Shown here piece by piece: positions 19,546-29,941 of a stretch of 64,000 bases of DNA. The notes below the pieces were generated by a model. The model did no database searches. It saw nothing but the letters and a program-made list of their open reading frames with translations, and was not told the origin of the DNA. Location: NCBI GenBank assembly GCA_902492895.1, contig CABUNG010000008.1, forward strand, positions 19,045 to 83,044, written 5' to 3'. Within the stretch, counting starts at the first letter, position 1, and the number at the start of each line of letters is the position of its first letter. The position numbers were made by a program, and so were the translations under genes. The stretch is from an uncultured Oscillospiraceae bacterium. GTDB taxonomy: Bacteria > Bacillota > Clostridia > Oscillospirales > Acutalibacteraceae.

Positions 19546-20271
19546 TTATTCTGCGGGCTGTTCCAGCGGGGTTTTCGCAATATAGGCGCGCAGAAGCTCC
19601 AGACAATCGTCGTGAATCTGGGTGCTCTTCTTCCCTTCGGCCGATCCCGAGGCCATCCGGACACCGAAAATCAGATCCTGCGGGGCTTTGTCCATCGCTT
19701 CCGTTTGAAGGAGCGGATCGTCTTTCCATGTCCAGGTCCGGCCGTCTTCGGAGACACCCGAGCCTTCCACGCCGATTTGATCAAAGAATTGGGCGTCTTG
19801 TCCATCGGACGACAGATTCTTGAGAAGGGAATCTTGATAATAATCCGGCGAAAACCCAAAAAACAGGGTGTCGCCCGCGAACATGGTGGCCGTGAATTTC
19901 TGCTGGTTGACGGCCGAAAGCTGTCCGCCGTCTCTGCCCACATACAAAAATTCGACCGATACGAGCACCTGGCCGTCGCCGTTGAGATCCCGTCCGTATT
20001 TTTGGAGATCAGCCGCCAAGGCGTCACTTGCGGGCACCGGGACATCCTTAGTCGAGGCGATTATCAGGTGATAATCCGGATGTTCTTTGTTCACCATCTG
20101 CGTGATCAGAACCGTCAAGGCGACGGCCACGAAGAGCACAATGAGGGTGGGCCATTTATAATGATACCAGTAATTCTGCCACTTGGCCTTGAAGCCTTTT
20201 GGAGGCTCAGGAGGCTTCGGCGGTTCCAATTCGGTTTCATCGACCCCTACGAGATACATTTCTCTGGCCAT
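19546..20271 (-). CDS. Hypothetical single-pass membrane protein with an extracytoplasmic domain. Start proposed at MAREMYLV...
   Basis: One TM helix (WPTLIVLFVAVALTVLI). No recognisable family. Promoter-like TTGATC-17-TATAAT upstream at about 20400-20430. Confidence 0.5.
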   Translation of the reverse strand: MAREMYLVGVDETELEPPKPPEPPKGFKAKWQNYWYHYKWPTLIVLFVAVALTVLITQMVNKEHPDYHLIIASTKDVPVPASDALAADLQKYGRDLNGDGQVLVSVEFLYVGRDGGQLSAVNQQKFTATMFAGDTLFFGFSPDYYQDSLLKNLSSDGQDAQFFDQIGVEGSGVSEDGRTWTWKDDPLLQTEAMDKAPQDLIFGVRMASGSAEGKKSTQIHDDCLELLRAYIAKTPLEQPAE

Positions 20272-20500
20272 GGCCGTCCTATCCTTTCCCTTACCGGACG
20301 CCTTCTTTGAAACGCCGGTCCGTTGTCCACTTATTCCGCGCCGCCATGCGGAACATCCTGTATGCCTCAGAAACACCCGATCATAATTGCATTATAATGG
20401 ATTACGGCACAAAGATCAAGAAGAGCCCATTCTCACAATGGACTCTTCTATTGTATCCTAACCCCTGAAAAGACTCTTCTCACCCGACGAATGCATGGCA

Positions 20501-21376
20501 TCATGCGGCAGGATGTTCCCCCATGCCCACCCAGCCGATTTGACCGTCTGCCCATACAGGCTGACCGTCAATCGTCAGCGAAATCCACTGGTGAGTCCAT
20601 TGGTTCTCGTTGACATGGCTCCATTGATACCCCATACAGGAAAGCACCAGTCCCAGCGCCCGACAACACCCGGCACAGGAAGATTCCCGTTTGACAAAAA
20701 CCCCATACGCGGAGCTATAGTAGCTCCCCTTTTCCACATGAACTCCTTTACGGTATTCCTGCGACACCAAGCTCGCCGCCATGCCAATCCGATCGATATC
20801 CGGTCCTTCCGGAAGCTGCGCGTCGATTTGTTCAACAATATCACGTGCCACCGCCAAAGCCTGCGCGTTCTCTTCGTCGGTAAGTTTGTTCCGAAAGAGC
20901 GCCGCTTCGCTCGGTTTCAACGGACCGTTGGTATCGCCGCACCGCTTGCATTTTCCGCCGGCATAGCTGTGCCCCAATGCCGATCCGTTCGTAGCTCCGC
21001 AGCGTTTGCAGGTGGCCGGGGCGGTACAACTCTTCGCCGAAAAATCATGTCCCAAAGCGGCACCCACGGCCCCGCAGTCGCACCTACCGGCTGTGGTGCA
21101 GTCCGCGCCTGCAAAAAAGTGACGGTGTACGGTAGTCGGCGCGTCCGTGGCGGAAGCGGTGGTTTCAGGCGTGCTGTCTGGTGTTTGAGCAGTCTCCTGC
21201 ATACTGGAAGCAGAATCGTCCGTTTCAAATAAATTTGTGGAGCCGGCAGTAAACGACTCGTCACCGGCCGCTGAATTCATGGACTCAGATATCCCGACGG
21301 ATGCCGGCCCAGAGCCCGATCCTCCGCATGCGGACAAGGAACATATCATGACAGCAGGCAATAATACGGAAACCAA
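20501..21376 (-). CDS. Lipoprotein with Cys-rich repeats and a C-terminal transglutaminase-like cysteine-protease domain.
   Basis: A lipobox-like LSAC follows a hydrophobic N-terminus. Low-complexity S/T/D linker. Repeats resembling C-x4-C-x2-CG...LGH. The C-terminus is ...SCAGCCRALGLVLSCMGYQWSHV...HQWISLTIDGQPVWADGQIGW (Cys/His/Asp TGase-like pattern). Confidence 0.5.
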   Translation of the reverse strand: MVSVLLPAVMICSLSACGGSGSGPASVGISESMNSAAGDESFTAGSTNLFETDDSASSMQETAQTPDSTPETTASATDAPTTVHRHFFAGADCTTAGRCDCGAVGAALGHDFSAKSCTAPATCKRCGATNGSALGHSYAGGKCKRCGDTNGPLKPSEAALFRNKLTDEENAQALAVARDIVEQIDAQLPEGPDIDRIGMAASLVSQEYRKGVHVEKGSYYSSAYGVFVKRESSCAGCCRALGLVLSCMGYQWSHVNENQWTHQWISLTIDGQPVWADGQIGWVGMGEHPAA

Positions 21377-21411
21377 TCGGTAAAGTTACACGGATATCAT
21401 CACCCCGAGGT

Positions 21412-22932
21412 TTATCTGTCCAGCGGCTTCATCGTCGGGAACAGCAGCACGTCCCGGATGGACGGGCATCCAGTCAGCAGCATGACGAGGCGGTCCACGC
21501 CGATGCCGAGCCCGCCTGTCGGCGGCATGCCGTATTCAAGGGCGGTGAGGAAATCTTCGTCCACGTCGGCGGCCTCCTCATCCCCGGCCGCCTTCAGCGC
21601 GGCCTGGGCCTCGAAGCGCTCCCGCTGATCGAGCGGATCGTTGAGTTCCGAGAAAGCATTGGCGTGTTCGCGCCCGACGATAAAGAGCTCGAACCGCTCG
21701 GTATATCCCGGATTCTCCGGCATCCGCTTGGCCAGCGGGGAAATCTCGACCGGATGACCCATGATGAAGGTCGGCTGGATCAGATGCTCTTCTACATAGG
21801 TTTCGAAGAAGAGGTTGAGAATATCGCCCTTCTTGTGGCGTTCCTCGAATTCGATATGATGCGCTTTCGCGAGCTCCCGGGCCTCCTCCAGCGTTTCCAC
21901 GGTGTCGAAATCGACACCGCTGTATTTCCGGACGGCCTCGGTCATGCTCAGCCGCGCAAACGGCTTTTCGAGATCGATTTCGGTTCCTTCATACACCACC
22001 TTGGCCGTGCCGAGCACCTTCTGCGCCACGGTGCGGATGAGATCCTCGGTCAGATCCATCATGCCGTTGTAATCGGTATAGGCCTGGTACAGCTCGAGCA
22101 GGGTAAATTCCGGATTGTGACGGGTGTCCATTCCTTCGTTGCGGAAAACCCGTCCAATCTCGTACACCCGGTCAAATCCGCCGACGATCAGCCGCTTGAG
22201 ATGCAGCTCCAGCGCGATGCGGAGATACATGTCCATATCAAGGGTGTTGTGATGGGTGATGAACGGCCGCGCCGCCGCGCCGCCGGCCACGCCGTGCAGA
22301 ACGGGAGTTTCCACTTCGAGGAAGGCGCGCTCGTCGAGATAGCGCCGGATTTCCGTAATAATCGCCGACCGGCGGACAAACGCTTCCTTGACCTCGGGAT
22401 TGACGATCAGGTCCAAATACCGCTGGCGGTACCGGGTATCGGTGTCCTTCAGTCCGTGGAACTTTTCGGGCAGCGGACGCAGGGATTTCGAAAGCAGCGT
22501 GATCTGCCGCGCATGAATCGAAATCTCTCCCATCTTGGTCCGGAACACGGTTCCCTCGACGCCGAGAATATCGCCTATATCCCATTTTTTGAAAGCCGCG
22601 TAAACGTCCTCGCCCACATCGTCCCGCCGGACATAGACCTGCATCCGGTCGCTGCCGTCCCGCAGGTCTATGAAGCTGGCTTTGCCCATGATGCGGCGGC
22701 TCATCATCCGGCCCGCAATGGATACCGCGCGGTTTTCCATCGCGTCGAAATCGGCACGGATGTCGGCATTTCGTTCCGTGACATCGTACTTGGTGATTTG
22801 GAAAGGATCCTGTCCATCGTCCCGCAGGGAGGCGAGCTTATCCCGGCGGATCTGGATCAGTTCGGACACCTGCTGTTCGGTCAGTTCCTCGGTTTCGGGG
22901 GCTGCTGTATTCGGCTCGTTCATCGATACCAC
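21412..22932 (-). CDS. lysS: Lysine--tRNA ligase, class II.
   Basis: 506 aa with an OB anticodon-binding domain plus class II motifs. Confidence 0.95.
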   Translation of the reverse strand: MVSMNEPNTAAPETEELTEQQVSELIQIRRDKLASLRDDGQDPFQITKYDVTERNADIRADFDAMENRAVSIAGRMMSRRIMGKASFIDLRDGSDRMQVYVRRDDVGEDVYAAFKKWDIGDILGVEGTVFRTKMGEISIHARQITLLSKSLRPLPEKFHGLKDTDTRYRQRYLDLIVNPEVKEAFVRRSAIITEIRRYLDERAFLEVETPVLHGVAGGAAARPFITHHNTLDMDMYLRIALELHLKRLIVGGFDRVYEIGRVFRNEGMDTRHNPEFTLLELYQAYTDYNGMMDLTEDLIRTVAQKVLGTAKVVYEGTEIDLEKPFARLSMTEAVRKYSGVDFDTVETLEEARELAKAHHIEFEERHKKGDILNLFFETYVEEHLIQPTFIMGHPVEISPLAKRMPENPGYTERFELFIVGREHANAFSELNDPLDQRERFEAQAALKAAGDEEAADVDEDFLTALEYGMPPTGGLGIGVDRLVMLLTGCPSIRDVLLFPTMKPLDR

Positions 22933-23028
22933 ATCCTGTCTTCGGTTTCATGGAGTTTAAAAACAACGGGCGGACACCGCGGATGGCCTGCCACCGCGCC
23001 TGGTCCGCCCGCCGGATTCTGCCGGGAA

Positions 23029-23502
23029 TTACTTGGAGATTTCCATGACCATGTACTGCATGGTGCCGTTGGGAATCTCCACCTCGACCTGTTCACCTGC
23101 CCGATGACCCAAAAGGGCCTTGCCAACCGGGGATTCATCCGAAATGCGTCCGCCCATCGGATCGGATTCGGTCGATCCGACGATGCGGTAGGTCATGACG
23201 GAGCCGTCCTCCAGATCCTTGACCTTAACAGTCGACCCGATATGGACGGATTCGGTGCTGATCTCGCTCTCGTCAAGCACTTTGACGTTTTTCAGCTGAT
23301 TTTCGATTTCCGCGATCCGGCCTTCGATGATGGCCTGATCGTTTTTGGCTTCATCGTATTCGCTGTTTTCAGACAAGTCGCCGAAGGACAGCGCCACTTT
23401 GATTTTTTCCGCAACTTCCTTGCGCTTGACGGTTTTCAGCTCTTCGAGCTCGTGTTCGAGCTTTTTGAGCCCTTCATCGGTGATAACAGTCTGCTTGGTC
23501 AT
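23029..23502 (-). CDS. greA: Transcription elongation factor GreA.
   Basis: 157 aa coiled-coil plus FKBP-like domain. greA-lysS linkage. Confidence 0.9.
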   Translation of the reverse strand: MTKQTVITDEGLKKLEHELEELKTVKRKEVAEKIKVALSFGDLSENSEYDEAKNDQAIIEGRIAEIENQLKNVKVLDESEISTESVHIGSTVKVKDLEDGSVMTYRIVGSTESDPMGGRISDESPVGKALLGHRAGEQVEVEIPNGTMQYMVMEISK

Positions 23503-23731
23503 GCGCGCAAACTCCCTTTCGGTATAATGCCGCGCCGGCTTCCGACGCCGCGGCTTTCCATGTGTACAATAGAGTTATTATATCCAGACCCATACAAAAA
23601 GTCAAGGGAGAGGCGGGGCTTTCGGGCGAAATTCCTGGCACGGCGCGCGCTGGATTCCTTGTAAACGGCCGGTCACTGTGCTAAACTGAGGAAGAATGGA
23701 ACCACCGGCACTCGAACAGGAGGAAAAGAAT

Positions 23732-24460
23732 ATGGAAAACATACTGTCGATCCGGGATTTTTCCAAAGTATACAAAGGCGGACACAGGGCCGTCGATCAT
23801 CTCTCCCTGGATGTGGAGGCCGGCGACATATATGGCTTCATCGGCCACAACGGGGCCGGTAAAACGACAACGATCCGCGCGGTCGTGGGGGTTCTCGATT
23901 TCAAGGAAGGGACGATATGGATCGACGGGCATTCCGTAAAGGATGATCCTATCGCCTGCAAGCAGGTGACCGCCTATATCCCCGATAATCCCAATTTGTA
24001 CGGCCATCTCACCGGCGTGCAGTATCTGAATTTCATCGGGGACATGTTCGGGGTGAAAAAGGCGGAACGGGAATCTCTCGTCAGACGGTATGCGGACGAA
24101 TTTGAGCTCACAGGAGATCTCGGAAGCCTGATCTCTTCCTATTCCCATGGGATGAAGCAAAAGCTGGCCATCCTCTCCGCCCTGCTCCACTCCCCCCGTC
24201 TTCTGGTACTCGACGAGCCGTTCGTGGGCCTCGATCCCAAGGCTTCCCACACCCTAAAAAAGATCATGCAGGAGCTGTGCGAAAAGGGTTCCGCCATCTT
24301 CTTTTCCACCCACGTTCTGGAAGTGGCCGAAAAACTCTGCAACAAGATCGCCATCATCAAAGGCGGCCGGCTGGTTGCCTGCGGCGAAACCGCACAGGTC
24401 AAGGGCGACGGCAGTCTGGAAGACGTCTTTATGGAACTGGTTGAGGATGACGACATATGA
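23732..24460 (+). CDS. ABC transporter ATP-binding protein. Start at MENILSIRDF with a GGAGG RBS.
   Basis: Walker A GHNGAGKTT, signature LSGGQ-like, Walker B LLVLDEP. Confidence 0.85.
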   Translation: MENILSIRDFSKVYKGGHRAVDHLSLDVEAGDIYGFIGHNGAGKTTTIRAVVGVLDFKEGTIWIDGHSVKDDPIACKQVTAYIPDNPNLYGHLTGVQYLNFIGDMFGVKKAERESLVRRYADEFELTGDLGSLISSYSHGMKQKLAILSALLHSPRLLVLDEPFVGLDPKASHTLKKIMQELCEKGSAIFFSTHVLEVAEKLCNKIAIIKGGRLVACGETAQVKGDGSLEDVFMELVEDDDI

Positions 24461-26064
24461 AAAAGCTGGGCTTGCTGATCAAGGTGCATCTGCTGCAGAA
24501 CCTCCCCTTCAACCGGGCTCTGCACTCTCGGGACAAGCGGGAAAAAGCCAAGCTGGCCGGTTTTTCTGTCCTGATGGCTTTCACGGCCGTATCCATGCTG
24601 TTTTTGGTAGGGCTGTACGCCTATGTTCTGGCCGGAACGCTGGAGCCAATGGGGGCACTCCGGGTACTGCCCGGCGCGATGATGGTGGTGAACTCTCTGA
24701 TCCTGCTCTTCACCACTGTCTATAAAGCGGGAAGCCTGCTTTTCGGATTCCGGGACGCCGACTTGCTGCTCTCCCTGCCGGTCGGCACCAAAACGGTGCT
24801 GGCCAGCCGGATGATCCTGCTTTACGGAATGAATCTGTTTTTCTCACTGTTTATCATGGTGCCGGCCGGGGTGGTCTACGCCATGACCGCCCGGCCGGAT
24901 GCCCGGTTTTACGGATATTTTGTCCTAACCTTTCTGACGATGCCGCTTATCCCAATCGTCGCAGCGTCGGTGATCGGGCTGCTGCTCTCGCTCCTCGCCA
25001 GCCGCTTCCGGCATAAGAATGCCGTGACACTGATCCTGTCGATTGCTCTGCTGTGCGGTGTATTTGCCCTTTCGTTCGGCAGCACCAATATGACAGCCGC
25101 CGATCTGACCAATATGAGCACCGCACTGACAACGTCCATCGAGAGGGCCTACCCTCCCTCCGCCTGGTATATCGCCGCAGTGGCGGACGGAAGCGTGCGG
25201 TCGCTCGCTCTGTTTGTGCTCGTCTCTTTGGCGGTTTTTGCTCTATTTTGCGGGATTGTCGGCTGGAAATACCGCGCGATCCGTTCCGCGCTGTCGGGTG
25301 TTCGGACCACCCCCCGCTATCGGCTCACGTCTCTCCAGACCTCCTCTGCTTTCAAAGCCCTCTTTTTGAAGGAACTGCGGCGGTTTCTCTCCTCCCCTCT
25401 TTATGTCATGAACACCGTCATCGGGCCGGTTCTTCTCACCCTCGCGGCCGTTGTCGCGCTTGTGACCGGTGTGGACGGACTCGAAAAGCTCCTCGCCATA
25501 CCGGAGCTTTCCGAGATGATCCGGGATATTCTTCCCTTTGGAATGGCGTTGTTTATGGGCATGTCCACCATGTCCGCCTGCACGATTTCCTTGGAGGGCC
25601 AGCAGCTCTGGATTCCCAAAACTCTGCCCGTATCCGTCGGGCAGATTTACCGCAGCAAGGTGGCTCTGACGCTCGCAACCTGCCTGCCCTTCGTCGTGGT
25701 CGACGGCGTGCTGTTCGGAATCCTTCTGCGGTTGGACATTCTGTCCATGCTTCTCACCATTCTCCTCCCGTCGGCCTATACCCTTCTCGTCGCCCTCGGC
25801 GGGCTGCTGCTCAATCTGCTCTTTCCAAACTTTGAGTGGACCAATGAAATGACGGTGATCAAACAGAGCATGCCGGTCCTGTTCACCCTGCTGGGAGGCA
25901 TGGCCTCTGCTGTCATTCCTTTGGCAGTTGTGATTCTGGTGCCTGGCGCCGACACCAGAATCGCGAGCTTCGTCACCCTGGCCGCCGTATCGGCGTTCTG
26001 CGTTCTGCTCTATCGCGTTCTGCTCGGCTGGGGCGTGTCCGCGTGGAAAAAACTGGGCGGCTAA
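24457..26064 (+). CDS. ABC transporter permease (ABC-2-like, ~12 TM). Substrate unknown.
   Basis: 535 aa polytopic membrane protein translationally coupled to the upstream ATPase (ATGA overlap). Confidence 0.7.
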   Translation: MKKLGLLIKVHLLQNLPFNRALHSRDKREKAKLAGFSVLMAFTAVSMLFLVGLYAYVLAGTLEPMGALRVLPGAMMVVNSLILLFTTVYKAGSLLFGFRDADLLLSLPVGTKTVLASRMILLYGMNLFFSLFIMVPAGVVYAMTARPDARFYGYFVLTFLTMPLIPIVAASVIGLLLSLLASRFRHKNAVTLILSIALLCGVFALSFGSTNMTAADLTNMSTALTTSIERAYPPSAWYIAAVADGSVRSLALFVLVSLAVFALFCGIVGWKYRAIRSALSGVRTTPRYRLTSLQTSSAFKALFLKELRRFLSSPLYVMNTVIGPVLLTLAAVVALVTGVDGLEKLLAIPELSEMIRDILPFGMALFMGMSTMSACTISLEGQQLWIPKTLPVSVGQIYRSKVALTLATCLPFVVVDGVLFGILLRLDILSMLLTILLPSAYTLLVALGGLLLNLLFPNFEWTNEMTVIKQSMPVLFTLLGGMASAVIPLAVVILVPGADTRIASFVTLAAVSAFCVLLYRVLLGWGVSAWKKLGG

Positions 26065-26132
26065 ATACCGGCTTGACAAATCGGAAAATAGATGTTACAC
26101 TTTAAAGCACAAAAGTGAAAGGAGAAGACGCC

Positions 26133-26243
26133 ATGCTGCCGTCAGCCGTCAGCCGGATGAAAACCGCTTATGATTCGTATTATTACCTGGGCTTTATGGC
26201 CGCGGGCGTCTTTTGCTGCCGAAAAAGGTCCGTCGTCCGATAG
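26133..26243 (+). CDS. Candidate leader peptide (36 aa, MLPSAVSRMKTAYDSYYYLGFMAAGVFCCRKRSVVR), aromatic-rich (4 Tyr + 2 Phe). Not in the ORF track because it is under 60 aa.
   Basis: An AAAGGAGA Shine-Dalgarno 7 nt before ATG. Three consecutive Tyr codons. Stop lies 20 nt before an intrinsic terminator and about 90 nt before DAHP synthase. Confidence 0.4.
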   Translation: MLPSAVSRMKTAYDSYYYLGFMAAGVFCCRKRSVVR

Positions 26244-26262
26244 GACGAAAGCTTGATTGAAA

Positions 26263-26305
26263 GCGGAACCTTTTGCGTGGCAAAAGGTTCCGCTTATTTT
26301 ATTTG
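26263..26305 (+). terminator. Intrinsic terminator / attenuator hairpin upstream of DAHP synthase.
   Basis: Perfect 13-bp stem GCGGAACCUUUUG-cgugg-CAAAAGGUUCCGC followed by UUAUUUUAUUU. The upstream segment AAAAAGGUCCG (26221-26231) could alternatively pair with the 5' arm as an antiterminator. Confidence 0.7.
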
Positions 26306-26329
26306 CCGAAAAGGCAGGAGGAACCCATC

Positions 26330-27352
26330 ATGATCGTCATTCTCAAACCCCACACGGAACCCGAAAAAATACAAACTCTGCTGGACGGCCTCACCGCCAA
26401 GGGCCTTTCCCACCACATCAGTACCGGTCAGAGCACCACCATCATCGGAATCATCGGGGATACGTCCCGGGTGGATATCGACAGCGTGATGGCAAACGAC
26501 GCGGTTCAGGATGTCAAACGGGTATCGGAGCCCTACAAGGCCGCCAACCGGAAATTTCATCCGGAGGATACCGTTATCGAGGTGCCGGCCCCGTCCGGGG
26601 AATCCGTAAAAATCGGCGGCGGGCATTTCGCGGTCGCGGCGGGTCCCTGTTCGGTCGAGAGCGAGGAACAGATTATCGAAGTGGCGAACGCCGTCAAACA
26701 GAGCGGCGCGGCTCTGCTGCGGGGCGGGGCCTTTAAGCCGCGCACCTCCCCTTATGCCTTCCAGGGCCTGCACGACCGGGGCATCGAGCTTCTGATGCTT
26801 GCCAAAAAAGAAACGGGTCTGCCCATCGTGACCGAGCTGATGAGCCTGACCCATTTCGACCTGTTCGCGGATGTCGATGTCATCCAGGTCGGGGCCCGGA
26901 ACATGCAGAATTTCGAGATGCTCAAGGAACTCGGGCACTGCGGAAAACCCATCCTGCTCAAACGGGGGCTGGCCAATACCCTTGAGGAATTTCTCATGAG
27001 TGCGGAATATATTATGGCCGGGGGCAACAGCCAGGTCATTCTCTGCGAACGCGGAATCCGGACCTTCGAAACCCAGACCCGCAACACCCTCGATATTTCC
27101 GCCGTACCCCTGCTCAAACATCAATCCCATCTGCCTGTGATCGTGGATCCGAGCCACGCTACAGGAATTCCGTGGCTGGTCGAACCGCTGTCCAAAGCCG
27201 CGGTTGCGGCCGGGGCGGACGGGCTGATGATCGAGGTGCACAACGATCCCAAAAACGCGCTGTGCGACGGCGCGCAGTCCCTGACGCCTGGACAGTTCGA
27301 TTCCGTAATGAAAAAAGTCCGGCGGCAGGTGGCGTTTGAACGGGAAACCTGA
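26330..27352 (+). CDS. aroF: 3-deoxy-7-phosphoheptulonate (DAHP) synthase, type I-beta, with an N-terminal regulatory domain.
   Basis: C-terminal KDO8P/DAHP I-beta core (...GPCSVES...KPRTSPY.FQG...). An extra ~90 aa N-terminal domain. GGAGG RBS before ATG at 26330. Confidence 0.85.
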   Translation: MIVILKPHTEPEKIQTLLDGLTAKGLSHHISTGQSTTIIGIIGDTSRVDIDSVMANDAVQDVKRVSEPYKAANRKFHPEDTVIEVPAPSGESVKIGGGHFAVAAGPCSVESEEQIIEVANAVKQSGAALLRGGAFKPRTSPYAFQGLHDRGIELLMLAKKETGLPIVTELMSLTHFDLFADVDVIQVGARNMQNFEMLKELGHCGKPILLKRGLANTLEEFLMSAEYIMAGGNSQVILCERGIRTFETQTRNTLDISAVPLLKHQSHLPVIVDPSHATGIPWLVEPLSKAAVAAGADGLMIEVHNDPKNALCDGAQSLTPGQFDSVMKKVRRQVAFERET

Positions 27353-27459
27353 GCCGGCTATAAGCGGAACCCTTTTATATAAGGCCTGTACATCCGGCTG
27401 GATTTTCCTGTGCCGAACTGGTATACTGATCGGGATATGCCATGTAAGGAGGGGCTTTC

Positions 27460-28110
27460 ATGCTTCACGCCGACACATTGTTCTGGGATCTGGACGGCAC
27501 GCTGACCGATCCGTATGAGGGGATCACGAAATCTGTCGCCTATGCCCTGCGCTTTTTCGGCATCGAGGTGCCAGACCGGACCGTGCTCTGCCCGTTTATC
27601 GGCCCGCCGCTCAAGGACTCTTTTATGGAAATTTACAGTCTGTCGGAAGCCGACGCGGATTTGGCGGTTTCCCGGTATCGGGAGTATTTTTCAGTGACCG
27701 GCTTATTTGAAAACCGGGTGTATCCCGGAATTCCGGAACTGTTGTCCGCGCTCGCGGAATCCGGGAAACGGCATATCCTGGCCACATCCAAGCCGGCTGT
27801 TTTTGCCGAACGGATTTTGGAGCATTTCGGGATGCGGGATTCCTTTTTTGCCGTGATCGGCAGCGATTTGGAAGGAAAACGGGTAAAAAAAGAGGACGTG
27901 CTGCGGTACGCCCTGGAAAAAACAGGGGCGGAACCGGCAGAGTCCCTCATGATCGGCGACAGGCAATATGATGTTGTGGGTGCCAGGAGTGTGGGGATGG
28001 ACTGCCTCGGCGTGACGTACGGATACGGGTCGGCGCAGGAACTGCAGGCGGCCGGCGCCGTTCTCCTGGCGGAATCGGTATCCGCGCTGGGGCGTCTGCT
28101 GATCGGCTGA
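27460..28110 (+). CDS. HAD-superfamily hydrolase, subfamily IA (phosphoglycolate-phosphatase-like).
   Basis: DLDGTL motif I, S/T motif II, K...GDxxxD motif IV. Confidence 0.8.
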   Translation: MLHADTLFWDLDGTLTDPYEGITKSVAYALRFFGIEVPDRTVLCPFIGPPLKDSFMEIYSLSEADADLAVSRYREYFSVTGLFENRVYPGIPELLSALAESGKRHILATSKPAVFAERILEHFGMRDSFFAVIGSDLEGKRVKKEDVLRYALEKTGAEPAESLMIGDRQYDVVGARSVGMDCLGVTYGYGSAQELQAAGAVLLAESVSALGRLLIG

Positions 28111-28116
28111 AAAGCA

Positions 28117-28917
28117 TCAGACAATCCGCAGTTTCTCCCGGCTTTTGAGCAGTTCCATAATGGACATGGTTTCGCTCACCAGGCTGCGGATGTCCCCCTT
28201 CTGCCCTTGCCCGGCCGCAATCGCCTGCATCCGCTCCAGGAGCTTTTGGGCGCGGACAAAGGCCTGCTGCTCCATATCCTGGACGACCGGCTGATCGCTC
28301 CGGCCAAAGGGCGCGCTGAATTCCAGCCGTTCCCGCAGATTGCCCAGGGCTTTGCTGAAACTGTCAAACTCGTGGTTATCCAATGCGGGCTGCAGCTGAT
28401 GCAGGCAGGTCTGCAGCTGAAGCATCAGCAGCTGCATGTCCTCCATGCGCACCTGCGGCCCCTGTTTTTTTCGCCGTCCTCCCGACGCCAGCCGCAGTGA
28501 CCCCATGCAGAGCGTATAGGCGCACAGCGCCATGAGAGAATCGGCAGCGTACCAGTACGGATCGATCCAGGCGCGGGTCAGATAGGTGAACGTAAGTGTA
28601 AAAATAAAGTACAGCAAAGCAATGAGGATGGGCGGCGCGGCCGAATGCACCCGCAGATGAGCACAGACGAACGGCAGCGCCAGCACCAGCAGATCGAGCA
28701 AAAACAACACCAGCAGGATGTTGGCAACCATCCAGGGAAAGAGGCCGTCCATAAGTTCCGAGCGAGGATAAAACAACAGGGCGATGCAGGCAAAATTAAC
28801 AATTGCCAATAGAGCGATCTTGATTCCAAAGACCACGCCGCCCCGTTTCACAGCCCCACCCCCATACATGCGTTTGTTAAGATTATACAACAGAATCGTT
28901 TGATATACAATCCTCAC
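28117..28917 (-). CDS. Hypothetical integral membrane protein.
   Basis: Five to six predicted TM helices and a C-terminal coiled/charged tail. No recognisable family. Confidence 0.45.
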   Translation of the reverse strand: MRIVYQTILLYNLNKRMYGGGAVKRGGVVFGIKIALLAIVNFACIALLFYPRSELMDGLFPWMVANILLVLFLLDLLVLALPFVCAHLRVHSAAPPILIALLYFIFTLTFTYLTRAWIDPYWYAADSLMALCAYTLCMGSLRLASGGRRKKQGPQVRMEDMQLLMLQLQTCLHQLQPALDNHEFDSFSKALGNLRERLEFSAPFGRSDQPVVQDMEQQAFVRAQKLLERMQAIAAGQGQKGDIRSLVSETMSIMELLKSREKLRIV

Positions 28918-28944
28918 AGGACCACTGAAATTTAGGCGAGTCTT

Positions 28945-29790
28945 TCAGTCAAATGTTCCAATCTCCTCGTTTTCGATTTCTTTTTGATATGCCGACGGCG
29001 AAATCCCCTTGATTTTTTTAAAAGCCCGGGAAAAATAAAGAGGATCGGAAAAACCAACGGAGTTCGCCACCTCCGTGACGGTGTACTCCCTTCGATGAAG
29101 AAGCCCGCAGGCCTCGTTGACCCGATAACGCTGCAAAAACGTGTGCGGAGATATATCAAAATGGGCCAGGAACGCCCGATAAAGCTGACTGCGGCTGACG
29201 CCCGCATACCGCGCGATGTCCTGCACCTGGATATCACTGGCGTAATTGTATTGAATAAACCGCAGGGCCTGATGCAGATACTCCTGAGTACCATAGGACG
29301 GAGTGGGCGTCCCGGCCGTTTCCATTAAGTGACCCAAAAACAGGTACAGGTATCCCGCCATGCGCGCATCCGCCGCCGGTGTGCTGCCGCTGGATTCATA
29401 AATCCGGAGCAGAAGGGATTTGCAGGTTTCGGGGGCTGTAGGATGCAGCACCGGATTTTCTCTCGTAAATCCGGTCATCTGCACCATCCGGCGGGCCTCG
29501 GTCCCGTTGAATCCAACCCAATAGTACTCCCACGGATTCCGGCGGTCGGCTTTATAGCAGACGACCTGGGATGGAAACACGGCGAACAGGTCGCCTCTTT
29601 TCAGATGATAGGTCTTCCCCCCGCATGTATAGGCGCCCTCCCCCGCCTCGATATAATGCAGCAGATAATGGTCCCGCAGGGCGGGACCCCAGGTATGCTC
29701 GGGCGTGCATTTCTGATAACCGGTATTGTATACCGCCAGCGCCAAATTTTCTTTCAGCGTGTTTTTGAAGGAATGCTTGGAATCGTCCAC
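28945..29790 (-). CDS. AraC-family transcriptional regulator, divergent from galK-galT.
   Basis: N-terminal cupin-like sensing domain plus a C-terminal double HTH (DIQVQDIARYAGVSRSQLYRAF...SPSAYQ). Confidence 0.85.
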   Translation of the reverse strand: MDDSKHSFKNTLKENLALAVYNTGYQKCTPEHTWGPALRDHYLLHYIEAGEGAYTCGGKTYHLKRGDLFAVFPSQVVCYKADRRNPWEYYWVGFNGTEARRMVQMTGFTRENPVLHPTAPETCKSLLLRIYESSGSTPAADARMAGYLYLFLGHLMETAGTPTPSYGTQEYLHQALRFIQYNYASDIQVQDIARYAGVSRSQLYRAFLAHFDISPHTFLQRYRVNEACGLLHRREYTVTEVANSVGFSDPLYFSRAFKKIKGISPSAYQKEIENEEIGTFD

Positions 29791-29941
29791 AGGCCGTCCC
29801 CCCCTTTTCCTTTAGTATATCTCACCATGCAACATTTGTCCATGATTTTGCTGTTTTCCACCGTTGATAAACATTTGGAATCTTTTATAATAGAATCAAT
29901 AAGGACTGTCTTTTATTTTGGGGATATAAGGAGGAAACATC

